Assembly (NCBI GenBank): GCA_017480325.1 | Contig: JAFVAY010000014.1 | Span: forward strand, 2,498-66,497 | Direction: 5' to 3' | DNA length: 64,000 nt | Source of the DNA: Clostridiales bacterium | Lineage (GTDB): Bacteria > Bacillota > Clostridia > Saccharofermentanales > Saccharofermentanaceae | Shown: in pieces, positions 31,293-41,632 of the stretch | How the letters are laid out: each line of letters opens with the position of its first letter | Position numbering within the stretch: position 1 is the first letter of the stretch | Notes under the pieces: model-generated | Databases searched by the model: none | What the model was told of the DNA's origin: nothing | The model's input: only the letters and a program-made list of their open reading frames with translations | Translations under genes and position numbers: made by a program

Positions 31293-33155
31293 TCAGTTTA
31301 CTGTAGCGAATGCATAAGCAAATACGCTTGTGTCGTCTACATCGTAGATCACGAATGTGTAGTCTCCCGTGTTGAAGTAGGAAGGCTCATACTCGAACTC
31401 GAAGGTATCCTCATAATCGTCATCGTTGACAACGGTGATGGTCTCAAGATACTCTCCGTCGCAGTAGACGTCGCAGTTCATTGTGGCGCCTATATCATAG
31501 TAAGCCCATGTTCTGGCATCAAATTCGATCTCTCCTCTGTTGGAGGATAATGTCTCGCCCTGGGAGATCCAGTTATCGTTTCCGTCAACAAAGTGGAATG
31601 AATAGAAATCATCCGATACGGCTTCATAGGAGGCTGATGTTCCGAAGGCGGGAAGCACTGCATCACCGCCGCCTACAGGTGCGCCCTCTCCGAGGATAAC
31701 GATCTCGAACTTACCGAGAACACTTGAGGAAGAGCCCTCATCATATACCGTGATTATATAATCTCCGGACATATCATCAGCGAACGGAGGAATGAGAATC
31801 TCGATGTGATCCTCGACATCATCGGGAATTACATATGTTCCTGTAATGAAGTCATCCGTTCCGTTGTAGCTTACCTCATAATCGAAGGTGTCGCCTGTGT
31901 TGTAGTAATCCCATGTAACGACTATAAACTCGATTCCTCTGACAGATGTATAGCAGCTGCTGGAGAAGTAATCGTCGCCGGTCTCAACCTCGATTACGGT
32001 AATATCAGAGCCTGAGGAAGAACTGTTACCCGTAATGGCGTCGTATTCAGCCTGAGTGATGCTTCCGCGCTCGAGGAGAATAGCATAAGTAGCCATCATC
32101 AGCTCCTCAGAATCGAGAGCCTCATCTATGTTAATGGCATCCATATCGAAGAAGAAATTCTCTCCCGGATCAACCTGGAGGTTACCGTCCTCGTCTGCAG
32201 TAACTACTGCTGTTGTTGAGTAAGCTGTGCTGTCGGCGCTCTGAACAGCGGAAGAAGCCACAGCGAAAATGCTCTCATAAGCAGAGTTCAGATCTCCACC
32301 GTCATTAAGAGCCTCCATTACATCTGCCATAACAGGCGCCATTGTATCTACATCAGCGAAAGCAGCCTGAATAGCATTAGCGGCATCGGGAGCAGTACCC
32401 GTAAGAGCTACGGTAATAGAGTCTTCATTCGTCTCTGTAACCTCTGATGTGTATTCAACATTGCTGAAGTAAGCAGACATCACACCTACGACAGCATCAC
32501 CGAACATCGACATCTGCGATTGGTAGTCATTGATGTCAGTATCACTGGATGATATTGCAATAGCACTCTCAAGGTCACCGTCTCTTAAGTAATCAACGAA
32601 GGTATCAACCGCCTCGATGGCAGCTGCTTCGGAAAGACCGGAGAACTCGATGCCCTCGCCGATACCCATTAGGAACTCATAGAAATCCTCTGTGGAATCA
32701 GCCTTGATAAGCCAATCCTCGCCGTCCTTAACGAAGCTGAAGCTTACGGACTCCTCCACCTCATCATCGATATCCTCGATAGCCTCGATGAACTCGTCGA
32801 AGGAATAGCCCTCATCAGCGATAGACTCCAGATCAGGCATAGTAAATACTACATTCGCGGAAGCCTTCGTCTTATTGACCTCGACATCCTCGACCTCATA
32901 GGAAGAAGCCTCCAGCACCGCATTCACAAGCTCCTGCTGCTGCGAAGGAAGCTCATTCTCCTGGAAGTAGTCCTCCTCATCAACGACATACTTCTTGGAA
33001 TTCTTGAGTTTGCCGTCCCTGATAGCATCGACATAGCCTGTAGCAGCCTCTTCGATAGCAGCCTTATCCTTGCCGCCGAGAAGAGCGCATCCGCTTAAGG
33101 ATGTCGCGAGAACAGCAACTGTTGTCACGATTCCGACTATTTTCTTAGCCTTCAT
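31293..33155 (-). CDS. Very acidic lipoprotein with duplicated domains
   Basis: Lipobox LSGC; D/E-rich; repeated DDY/FxS...TWxYY modules. Confidence 0.8.
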   Translation of the reverse strand: MKAKKIVGIVTTVAVLATSLSGCALLGGKDKAAIEEAATGYVDAIRDGKLKNSKKYVVDEEDYFQENELPSQQQELVNAVLEASSYEVEDVEVNKTKASANVVFTMPDLESIADEGYSFDEFIEAIEDIDDEVEESVSFSFVKDGEDWLIKADSTEDFYEFLMGIGEGIEFSGLSEAAAIEAVDTFVDYLRDGDLESAIAISSSDTDINDYQSQMSMFGDAVVGVMSAYFSNVEYTSEVTETNEDSITVALTGTAPDAANAIQAAFADVDTMAPVMADVMEALNDGGDLNSAYESIFAVASSAVQSADSTAYSTTAVVTADEDGNLQVDPGENFFFDMDAINIDEALDSEELMMATYAILLERGSITQAEYDAITGNSSSSGSDITVIEVETGDDYFSSSCYTSVRGIEFIVVTWDYYNTGDTFDYEVSYNGTDDFITGTYVIPDDVEDHIEILIPPFADDMSGDYIITVYDEGSSSSVLGKFEIVILGEGAPVGGGDAVLPAFGTSASYEAVSDDFYSFHFVDGNDNWISQGETLSSNRGEIEFDARTWAYYDIGATMNCDVYCDGEYLETITVVNDDDYEDTFEFEYEPSYFNTGDYTFVIYDVDDTSVFAYAFATVN

Positions 33156-33220
33156 GTTTTATCCCCTTTCTTCTAATAAGTTAATTGCCCTATTATAAAC
33201 TCTTTTTGACAAAATGCGAA

Positions 33221-35914
33221 TTAATCTACATTTTTGAGAGCTTCGTCCATAGGGATCCTCTTTATTCTGAAGAAATCGATCACCGATACGAAGGCATAGC
33301 CGATAAGAAGATATACCACCGACAGTACAAGGGACGACGGAGACATATAATACTTGAACCATCCGTCCATCTGAAGCATGAACACCTTAAATATCCATAC
33401 CATCAGATAGTATCCGACGAACATGCTTACGACCGAGAACAGTACGACCACGATCGCCGTAGGAACCATATAAAGCCCTGCGATCTCGCCGTTTCTAAAG
33501 CCTAGTATCTTAACCATGGAGATAGCGTTCTCGTTTCTCTCGATGATTATCTTGGCAAGAAGATAGATGAGTGCCGCCGCCATGACGATGAGTGCGTAGC
33601 GGAACGTATCCATCATGCCACCCATGGAGTGCATAAGCTGATTTGTGACCTTGGTTATATCCTCCACAGTAATAACCGTGGCGATATACTTTTCCTCGAT
33701 GTCGGTGATCTCGTTCTCGGAGAAGTAGCCGGAGAACTCGCCCTCCTTCTTCTCGAAGATGCTGTTAAAGTTATCGTTAGGCATAAATACCGCGATGCCG
33801 CCGTCGTAGTCAACCTCGCCCGCGATAGTAAACTCGTAGCTTTTGTTCTCGTACTCCTCGTGAAGAGTAATAACGTCACCTGAGGAAAGCTCGAACTTCT
33901 TCGCGAAGGCGCTGGAGATATATACCTCGCCCTCAGCGATGTCATTTGAAATCGATATATAGCGGCTGTCGTCAGTTATTCCATAGACGGTAACGCCCTC
34001 GTCGCCGCCGCTGCCCATACCTTCGAACATCTTAGTCGCGTCCTTAGGATACATAAGGTTTGTCGCGCTGAAAGCCTCGGCAGTAGGCTCGTCCGTCACG
34101 ATAAATTCTCCGTCATCATCCTTTGAACCCATAAGCATATACTGATATTCCGAGAACATCATGCCCGGCGCGTTGTCTGCGTAGTGATTCAAAGAGTCCG
34201 GGAGACCAAAGGCGAAGCACAACATCAATTCGATGAAGATAACGCCGAAGATAAGTATCGCGTAGTTAGGCATGTTCTGGAACAGAATTCTTACACGGAA
34301 TCTGTTGAGGAAGGACCAGCCAGGGATACGTCTTGCCTTGGAGCGCTTTGTCTTGTGAAGATCGTGTCTTAAGAACTTCAAAGGGCTTAGCTGCAGGCTC
34401 TTCGCGATAACAATAAGATTGACGAAGAACATAAGAAGCAGCGGGATGATCGTGGTCTTAACAAGAGCTATGGGACTCCATGTAATACCGCAGGTAGGAA
34501 GACTGTAGCTGTTGTAGTAAAGGTAGATAGCGAGCTTCCTGAAAGCCGTGTAGCCTACAACGTTGCCGATAATCGCACCTAAGAAGGTAACTATTATAGG
34601 CATGGTCATGTAGTGAATAATAAGCTCGTCCTTGGTGTAGCCGGATGCGCGAAGCGTACCGATGACGGAGGCTTCCTTCTCAATTGTGTTGCTTATTGTA
34701 ACAGCGAAGATAAAGGCGATTACCGCTATAAGTATGTAGCACAGGATGCTGGTACCCGTAGTATCGTGTTCGATATCGTTAGGGGCAAAATTGCTCGCCT
34801 GTCTCGCATACTCCGGCAGGAAATCATCGATGTCCGTCTCATATACAAGAGACTGTGTGATAAGAGACTTAAGCACATTGTTGCCGAGGTCTGCCGCCTC
34901 TATCTTGTCCTCAGGCTCAGTCTCGTAGAACCACGCATAGCTGTAGTGTACTCTCGAGCTGAAGCTGTCAAAAGCCTCGGGTGTTACCATACCCACGTCA
35001 AAACCGAAGGCGTCGAACATCAGGTCAGTGTTGGACTCGTGAAGCGTAAGGTAATTAACATAAGACAGAAGTCCTACTATCTCGAACTGCTTGCCGCCCA
35101 CTGTAATCGTATCACCGATGCCTACACCGACGTTATCGGCGTGCATTCTGTCGATAGCTATCTCCGCTGTAGTCTCGGGAGCGCGCCCCTCATTAAATGA
35201 CGCCATATCAACTGTGTAGTTGCTGGGAAAGATTCTTAAGGTCGCATCATTGGTACCGTCGTTGTTGTTGTCTTCAGACTCATTCCTGTAGAAATGCTCA
35301 TAGATGGTAATGGGAGTGGCCTCGAAGTCCTCGTCATCGAGGCCATATTCCTCCACGATCTCGTCCCACTTCTCATCCACCTTCTCGATAACCGTATTAT
35401 GAGCCTCCTCGTAGGCCTCATCTACAGCCTCGATAAACTCGTCGGACTCTCTGGCTTCCGCCAAAGCCTCCTCGTAATTCTCATCCATCGCAGTGTCGAT
35501 CTGCTCCTGGATCATGGTCTCATCCGTGATGCCGTAAGCCTCACACTGGGCGCGAACCATGTCCTCGATGCCCTGTGCCACCTGATTCTGAAGCTCCTCT
35601 TCGATGGCCTCTGCGACCTCCTCATCGGCTTCCTCGATACCCTTGTCGATGAAGAATTGGCGCACGTCAGCCATCTGTCCCGTGCTCAAATCCGCGAGAA
35701 GCTCTTCTGAAGCTTTTCCCGACAGCTCGAAAGAGCCGTCCTCCAAATTAAGCTCATCTCTTCCGCTGTAGACTGCCTCCAGCATACTGTCGTGCCCGAC
35801 ATACATACCGGAGATAAGTCCGATCATAACCACCATGAAGATAATTATTACAAGATACTTATGCCAATCCGACGCCAATTCCTTGGGGATTCGCTTGATA
35901 AGAGGATTTCTCAT
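33221..35914 (-). CDS. ABC transporter permease (FtsX/MacB-like)
   Basis: Two FtsX domains (IGTLRASGY, ISMVKILGF) with large extracellular loops. Confidence 0.9.
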   Translation of the reverse strand: MRNPLIKRIPKELASDWHKYLVIIIFMVVMIGLISGMYVGHDSMLEAVYSGRDELNLEDGSFELSGKASEELLADLSTGQMADVRQFFIDKGIEEADEEVAEAIEEELQNQVAQGIEDMVRAQCEAYGITDETMIQEQIDTAMDENYEEALAEARESDEFIEAVDEAYEEAHNTVIEKVDEKWDEIVEEYGLDDEDFEATPITIYEHFYRNESEDNNNDGTNDATLRIFPSNYTVDMASFNEGRAPETTAEIAIDRMHADNVGVGIGDTITVGGKQFEIVGLLSYVNYLTLHESNTDLMFDAFGFDVGMVTPEAFDSFSSRVHYSYAWFYETEPEDKIEAADLGNNVLKSLITQSLVYETDIDDFLPEYARQASNFAPNDIEHDTTGTSILCYILIAVIAFIFAVTISNTIEKEASVIGTLRASGYTKDELIIHYMTMPIIVTFLGAIIGNVVGYTAFRKLAIYLYYNSYSLPTCGITWSPIALVKTTIIPLLLMFFVNLIVIAKSLQLSPLKFLRHDLHKTKRSKARRIPGWSFLNRFRVRILFQNMPNYAILIFGVIFIELMLCFAFGLPDSLNHYADNAPGMMFSEYQYMLMGSKDDDGEFIVTDEPTAEAFSATNLMYPKDATKMFEGMGSGGDEGVTVYGITDDSRYISISNDIAEGEVYISSAFAKKFELSSGDVITLHEEYENKSYEFTIAGEVDYDGGIAVFMPNDNFNSIFEKKEGEFSGYFSENEITDIEEKYIATVITVEDITKVTNQLMHSMGGMMDTFRYALIVMAAALIYLLAKIIIERNENAISMVKILGFRNGEIAGLYMVPTAIVVVLFSVVSMFVGYYLMVWIFKVFMLQMDGWFKYYMSPSSLVLSVVYLLIGYAFVSVIDFFRIKRIPMDEALKNVD

Positions 35915-35927
35915 TTCTGATTCCCCC

Positions 35928-36641
35928 TTACCACTCGAGCTCGGAAGCCGGTATCTTCTTCTCGTTTATGTCGTTGTGACGAACGATGCCGTCTCTTAGT
36001 TTGATTACATGGTCCGCCATAAGCTTGATAGCTTCGTTGTGAGTAACCATGATGATTGTGTTCCCGTACTTGGTGTTGCAGTCCTCGATAAGACCCAGAA
36101 TCTCCTTGGAGGTGTTGTAGTCCAATGCTCCGGTAGGCTCATCGCACATAAGAATATCCGGGTTCTTGACAACGGCTCTTCCTATGGAAACTCTCTGCTG
36201 TTGTCCGCCGGATAACTGGTTCGGGTACTTATACTTGTGATCCTGAAGGCCTAAGGTCGTGATAACTTCCTCCACATCGAGAGGGTTATCTGACAGGTAT
36301 GCCCCGACCTCGATGTTCTCCTTTACGTTCAGATTCGGTATCAGGTTATACATCTGGAACACATAGCCCAGGTGCTTTCTTCTGTACATCGTAAGGGCCT
36401 TCTCGTCCATGTCCTCGAGCTTATCGCCGTTGATCGCGACGTAGCCAGAGTCAGGTGTATCAATGCCTCCGATTATATTAAGAAGCGTGGATTTACCTGA
36501 GCCTGAAGGGCCTAAGAGCACGCAGAACTCGCCCTTCTTGACTGTGAAATTCATACCCCTCAGTACATCCTGCTTCGCTTCTCCCGTACCGAAGCTCTTC
36601 TTCAATTCCGATATCTCGAGAAATTTCTCTTTATCTGACAT
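35928..36641 (-). CDS. ABC transporter ATP-binding protein (LolD-like)
   Basis: GPSGSGKS, LSGGQQQR and DEPTGALD motifs. Confidence 0.95.
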   Translation of the reverse strand: MSDKEKFLEISELKKSFGTGEAKQDVLRGMNFTVKKGEFCVLLGPSGSGKSTLLNIIGGIDTPDSGYVAINGDKLEDMDEKALTMYRRKHLGYVFQMYNLIPNLNVKENIEVGAYLSDNPLDVEEVITTLGLQDHKYKYPNQLSGGQQQRVSIGRAVVKNPDILMCDEPTGALDYNTSKEILGLIEDCNTKYGNTIIMVTHNEAIKLMADHVIKLRDGIVRHNDINEKKIPASELEW

Positions 36642-36657
36642 ATTATCCCCCTAATAA

Positions 36658-36699
36658 AAGTTAGTCTAAGCTAACACGAATGTTAGCATAGACTAACTT
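36658..36699. promoter_or_regulatory. Operator-like double palindrome upstream of the ABC transporter
   Basis: AAGTTAGTCTAAGCTAACA-CGAA-TGTTAGCATAGACTAACTT; each half is GTTAG-N6-CTAAC. Confidence 0.7.
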
Positions 36700-36745
36700 A
36701 GGGCTCAATGTACAGAATAACGAGATTTAAAAGCTGTCTTAAGGC

Positions 36746-36964
36746 TTATTCTGTTTTCTTTGATGCAACTATCTCGTTCAGCATCTCAACGGTCTTATCC
36801 ACTGCTTCTTCCGGGAAGCCGTGTACATACATAGCCTGCTCGAGGCTCTCACCGCTTGCTGCCATACATCCGATACAGTGCATTCCCATGTTCATAAGAA
36901 CACCTGCGATGCTCTGATCCTTCTCAAGTATGTCCGATATAAGCATATCCTTTGTAATATCCAT
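36746..36964 (-). CDS. DUF1858 domain protein
   Basis: ITKDMLISDIL...GMHCIGC..ASGESLEQA..VHG. Confidence 0.88.
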   Translation of the reverse strand: MDITKDMLISDILEKDQSIAGVLMNMGMHCIGCMAASGESLEQAMYVHGFPEEAVDKTVEMLNEIVASKKTE

Positions 36965-37043
36965 GTTTCTCACCTCCTATAGCCCCTATATATTACACTG
37001 TTATATTTTGAAAATCTATGTGATTTCTGAGGTAAAAGAGGTC

Positions 37044-37607
37044 TTAATACAGAAGGGTAATAAGTCTGTCTCCGAATAAGGCTGCCGCCGAGAGTCCGAA
37101 GGCCAGAAAAGGCACCAGGCGAATCTTAGTCTTGGCATCGGCTTTGCGCCATAGAAGAAGATAAATCCCGTAAAGCCCCGAGACGAACATGCCCATGACC
37201 GCCCCTGCCACAGTAAGCCGCCAGCCGAGATAAAGCCCCGCTGCCGCCATGAGCTTAATGTCTCCGCCGCCGAAGGCACCCTTGACTATAAGCGCCACGA
37301 TAAGCATCGGCAACGATACACACACCGCGCCTATAAGGTGATCTGTAAGCCTCGGAACGGTAAAGCCTTCCACTAGGATGAACCTCACCACACCAAGAAG
37401 GGCAACGAAGATCAGCACCAACCCGGGCACGATCCCGGCGTTGATATCAGCGGAAGCACAGGCCACCAGCGCCAGAAGGAAAAGGCAGGCGAACACCCCG
37501 GCGACCGTGAGCCCGAGCACGTAAAATGCGCAGAAAACAGCAACCGCCGCGAAGATGTAAAACACCGGCGACGGTATGCTTCTTAGGTCTTTTATTAGTC
37601 CTGACAT
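37044..37607 (-). CDS. Prepilin peptidase (A24), lacking the N-terminal methylase domain
   Basis: Catalytic Asp motifs SADI and GGGDIKL; C-terminal LVPFL; no CxxC domain. Confidence 0.88.
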   Translation of the reverse strand: MSGLIKDLRSIPSPVFYIFAAVAVFCAFYVLGLTVAGVFACLFLLALVACASADINAGIVPGLVLIFVALLGVVRFILVEGFTVPRLTDHLIGAVCVSLPMLIVALIVKGAFGGGDIKLMAAAGLYLGWRLTVAGAVMGMFVSGLYGIYLLLWRKADAKTKIRLVPFLAFGLSAAALFGDRLITLLY

Positions 37608-37627
37608 GAGGTTAAGGCGATCACGCC

Positions 37628-39313
37628 TTAGTCGTCGTTATAGGCGACACGCTCAAGCTCTTCCATGGAGGTGATACCCCTCGACACCAGATCCTCGGCA
37701 GCCATTCTTAAGGTCTGCATGTTCTGATTCTTGATGGCGTACATCTTCATCTCCTCAGCTTCTGCATTCTCTGCGATCATCTTACGCATAGGCTTATCCA
37801 CCACGAGAACCTCGTGAATAGCAGTACGGCCGAGATAGCCTGAACCGTGGCACTGACCGCAGCCTCTGCCCTTACGGGCATTGGGGATATCGTGACCTAG
37901 GAACTCGATCTGAGTCTCTGTAAGAGGCTCCGGCTGAGCGCAGTAAGGACAGACCTTACGCATAAGTCTCTGAGCGACGACACCAACGAGAGCCGACGAG
38001 AGCATATAAGGCTCGGCACCGATATCGATAAGTCTTACGATAGTGGAGGCCGCATCGTTCGTATGAAGCGTCGACAGAACCAGGTGGCCCGTAACGGCAG
38101 CTCTGATGGAGATGGAGGCCGTCTCGGCATCACGGGTCTCACCGACCATGATTACGTCAGGGTCCTGACGCATGAGAGCACGAAGACCGACCTCGAAGGT
38201 AAGACCCGCCGTCGGATGTACCTGCACCTGATTAAGACGAGGCAGATTCTTCTCGACAGGATCTTCGATAGTGCTTATATTGATAGGCTTCTGGGACAGG
38301 GAGCCCAGAGCGTTATAAAGCGTCGTCGACTTACCTGAACCCGTAGGGCCTGTGATATAGATCAGGCCGTTAGGTGACATCAGCATCTTGGTGAACTTAT
38401 CGTAGGACTGCTGATTCATACCGAAGGTAGAATTGTTATCGATATTAACCGCGGACATGATAAGTCTCATAACGACCTTCTCTCCGAAGACCGTAGGAAT
38501 TACGTTAACACGGACGTTAACGATCTGTCCCTGTATCCTGACTCTGAAGTGACCGTCCTGAGGGATACGTCTCTCGGCGATATCCATGTCGCCCATGATC
38601 TTGATTCTGGCGACGAGTGAATCCTGAACGTTCTTCTGCAGAGTGATGTAATCGATCAGCGTGCCGTCGATACGCATTCTTACGACTACGTTCGTCTCGA
38701 AGGGCTCAATATGAATATCGGATGCGTTATCCTGGAAAGCCTTGTCCAGAAGCGAGTTAACGAGGTTAATAATAGGAGCGTCATCAGCACCTGCGGAGGT
38801 ATCGATGACCAGCTCGTCTATGTTCATGCCGGTAGTGTTGGCGTTGGCGTGCTCTGCGGCCATTTTCGCCTTGATTCCGGCGTAGTGGTAGTCGATCATG
38901 TCCTTCAGAGGCTGCTCCTGAGCAAGCACGGTCCTCACGGGCATACCGATAGTCTGTCTTATATCCTCGATGGCGTAGAGATTAAGCGGATCGTTGACCG
39001 CCAATATAACTTCGCCGTTGTCCTGCCCTATCGGGAGCATCAGGTACTGGTCTGCCATCTGCTTCGGGATGAGCTTGACCGTGTCGGTGTCGATGGAATA
39101 AGAGCCGATATCTACTAGTTGCACATCAAGTCTGTCGGCGAGAGCCGTAAGCATCTGCTCCTCGGATACGTACCCCAAGTCGATAAGGGTCTGTCCGATT
39201 CTCTTGCCGCCTGACTGCTTCTGTATCGCGAGAGCTTCCTTAAGCTGGTCTTCGGTGATATAACCCGCCGAGACCATCAGGTCTCCTATACGAATCTTAG
39301 AATTATCTGCCAT
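37628..39313 (-). CDS. pilB: Type IV pilus/T2SS assembly ATPase (PilB/GspE) with N-terminal MshEN domain
   Basis: ASDIHIEP, PQDG, GPTGSGKST, RQDPDVIMVGE, TGHLVLSTLH and CxxC...CxxC; tandem RIG-type MshEN motifs. Confidence 0.93.
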   Translation of the reverse strand: MADNSKIRIGDLMVSAGYITEDQLKEALAIQKQSGGKRIGQTLIDLGYVSEEQMLTALADRLDVQLVDIGSYSIDTDTVKLIPKQMADQYLMLPIGQDNGEVILAVNDPLNLYAIEDIRQTIGMPVRTVLAQEQPLKDMIDYHYAGIKAKMAAEHANANTTGMNIDELVIDTSAGADDAPIINLVNSLLDKAFQDNASDIHIEPFETNVVVRMRIDGTLIDYITLQKNVQDSLVARIKIMGDMDIAERRIPQDGHFRVRIQGQIVNVRVNVIPTVFGEKVVMRLIMSAVNIDNNSTFGMNQQSYDKFTKMLMSPNGLIYITGPTGSGKSTTLYNALGSLSQKPINISTIEDPVEKNLPRLNQVQVHPTAGLTFEVGLRALMRQDPDVIMVGETRDAETASISIRAAVTGHLVLSTLHTNDAASTIVRLIDIGAEPYMLSSALVGVVAQRLMRKVCPYCAQPEPLTETQIEFLGHDIPNARKGRGCGQCHGSGYLGRTAIHEVLVVDKPMRKMIAENAEAEEMKMYAIKNQNMQTLRMAAEDLVSRGITSMEELERVAYNDD

Positions 39314-39317
39314 GCCG

Positions 39318-40109
39318 TTAACCCTCCGCTCCGGCTGCATCAGCAACAGCCGCATCGTAATCGGCGATATCCGCCATGTAAAGATTAATGCTTACTCGAA
39401 GCCTTATCTGATCTGACTCCACATACTCCATCATGCCGGTCTCTTCGTTATACTGCTCGACCTGATCGATAGGCATCCACTCGAAGCCCGTGATCCTGAC
39501 GGAAGGCTTCGTGCACAGATCATCGATAAGCGCCTGGCACGTAGGCTGTGAGCCTGTCATTACCATGGTCACCGCCGCACACTGAACGCCCGAGGCTGAC
39601 GTGGAGGTAGCACCTGACCTCGCCTGATTATAAGGCGCGAAAAGGTTATCTCCTCCGGCCCCCGCCGTCGAAGCATCCCCCGACGAAGAGTTAAGGATCG
39701 CCGATGCCTGAGCGGACGCGATGTCGGAATACATGTAGGGTGTCTCCTCTACAGGTCCCGAGGGCATATTGATGTAAAGATCCTCAGGATAGAGGCCGAA
39801 GCCTAATATGTAGGTAGTGATCATGCGGTCGATTCCCGAGCTTGGCATGATCTCATAGAAGTCTGACGTGGACTCCGACAGATCGGTTACCACCTTACCG
39901 TACACTGCTTCGGCACTGGTAAGATTAATCAGCTTGTTCCTGTAATTGGTCTGAACGGCCTCTGCCTGCTCGATGTCGTCGCCCAGGGACTTGATGTCGG
40001 TAATGGTAGGTCTAATAAGGAACCAAACAAACATGAATACGGCACCTATGAACAGAACTGCCGCGATAGTAAGCTTATCCTTCTTACTGAGGTTAGTCTC
40101 GAACTTCAT
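39318..40109 (-). CDS. PilO/GspM-like assembly protein
   Basis: N-terminal TM plus coiled coil; lies between the PilM/N-like gene and pilB. Confidence 0.6.
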   Translation of the reverse strand: MKFETNLSKKDKLTIAAVLFIGAVFMFVWFLIRPTITDIKSLGDDIEQAEAVQTNYRNKLINLTSAEAVYGKVVTDLSESTSDFYEIMPSSGIDRMITTYILGFGLYPEDLYINMPSGPVEETPYMYSDIASAQASAILNSSSGDASTAGAGGDNLFAPYNQARSGATSTSASGVQCAAVTMVMTGSQPTCQALIDDLCTKPSVRITGFEWMPIDQVEQYNEETGMMEYVESDQIRLRVSINLYMADIADYDAAVADAAGAEG

Positions 40110-40110
40110 A

Positions 40111-41613
40111 TCAGCTCACCTCCCCGGTAGTCTCGGCGGCCGCATCTTCGGCGACGGTATTTCCTGCCAGAGTACATACCACATTGATACGCCAGCTGGT
40201 GCCGTCCGACGACAGCACATAGCCCGTGTAATTAACATCCTCGAAGATATCCATAGCCATGAGATCGGCAATAAACATATTGATATCCTCAACTACCGGC
40301 GATGAGGCCGTGATGTTGAAGACTCCTGAGGATGCACTGTAGGAGTTAAACTCGATATCCACGTCGTGAGGTATCGCCGCCGATACGATCTTCTGATTAA
40401 TGGACGAATCCGGGATCGGATATGAAGCTATATCCGCATTGAGAAGATCGACTCCTCCCTGAATCTGCCCGATCTCACTCATGTTGTTATACATGGCATC
40501 GTAGGCATCGACCTGCGCCACCACATTGGGATCGTAGATATAATCCTGAATCTTCTTAAGCTCTGCCTTCTTGGAGGCCTTGACTACCGCCAGGGCACCG
40601 TAGGCAATACCCGCTACCGCCAAAACCGCAGCACCGATAAGGACGTACTTCATTACGCCCGCTTTGTCGGCGGACTTGGAATCGCTCTGCTTGGATGCCT
40701 TAAGGATAGAAAGCTTCTCGGCGATGCTTTTAAGACCCGCGATAGGATAGATATAGAACGGGAATGCCGAGGCTCCGTCTGAGATAGATGTGCCTGAAGG
40801 CGGGGTAACGACGGATACGTCGATCTGGCTGTCGATGTTAAGGATATCATTGGACAGCTGAGCCACCTGAGGCTGAGTTATACCCGCGAAGAGAACGTCC
40901 TTAAGCGTCGCCTCCAGATGCTGCGCCGACATGAACTGTCTTATGGACGATACGGAAGCATAGATCTCTCGTGCGAACTCCGGAGTTCCGGGCTGTGCGA
41001 ACACTCTCGAGGTCGAATCGTAGTAGTATTTTCCCTCCGCGAAGAAGATCGTAACAAGCGACTTACCGTCAAGGATCATGTAGATGATGGTCTTTCCGGC
41101 AGAGGCCTTGGTAAAGAACTCTGTCGCGAGCTGAACGCCGTTATGGATCGACTTAAGTTTGAGCCCCGACTTCTCAAAGATCTCGACATATCTGGCAACG
41201 AACTCACTCTCTGCCGTCTCGTATATAACGCGCTGTGTCTTGGCCTTGCTGTCCTTGGACACCAGGTACCAGCCCGTAACCGGCTTCTGGAATCTTCCGT
41301 AATCTGAATCCGCAGTCTCTCTTTTTATAAATTCTGTCGTCTTCTTATCGGACTGTATCGGAGCATCTACACGGCTGGCACGAAGCTGAGGGCTGTTGAT
41401 GATGAGGGTGACCTCCGACTTCGGAAGCTTGTTCATCTGCCAGACGTCTTTGATTGTCTGGATGACCATATCCTGATCCATAACTACGCCGTTTAGAACA
41501 GCTCCCTCAGGAAGCGGAGCCGAGAACAGCTTTGTGACCTTGACGCCACTACCCGAAGCCTTGCCCGATACTACCTGTATGTTGGTATTCGATAGAAATA
41601 CTACTTCAGACAT
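40111..41613 (-). CDS. PilM-PilN-like fusion protein
   Basis: PilM-like N-terminus (PLPEGAVLNGVVMD), TM, coiled coil and PilN-like C-terminus (FIADLMAMDIFEDV). Confidence 0.7.
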   Translation of the reverse strand: MSEVVFLSNTNIQVVSGKASGSGVKVTKLFSAPLPEGAVLNGVVMDQDMVIQTIKDVWQMNKLPKSEVTLIINSPQLRASRVDAPIQSDKKTTEFIKRETADSDYGRFQKPVTGWYLVSKDSKAKTQRVIYETAESEFVARYVEIFEKSGLKLKSIHNGVQLATEFFTKASAGKTIIYMILDGKSLVTIFFAEGKYYYDSTSRVFAQPGTPEFAREIYASVSSIRQFMSAQHLEATLKDVLFAGITQPQVAQLSNDILNIDSQIDVSVVTPPSGTSISDGASAFPFYIYPIAGLKSIAEKLSILKASKQSDSKSADKAGVMKYVLIGAAVLAVAGIAYGALAVVKASKKAELKKIQDYIYDPNVVAQVDAYDAMYNNMSEIGQIQGGVDLLNADIASYPIPDSSINQKIVSAAIPHDVDIEFNSYSASSGVFNITASSPVVEDINMFIADLMAMDIFEDVNYTGYVLSSDGTSWRINVVCTLAGNTVAEDAAAETTGEVS

Positions 41614-41632
41614 TTATGCATTCTTCCTTTCT

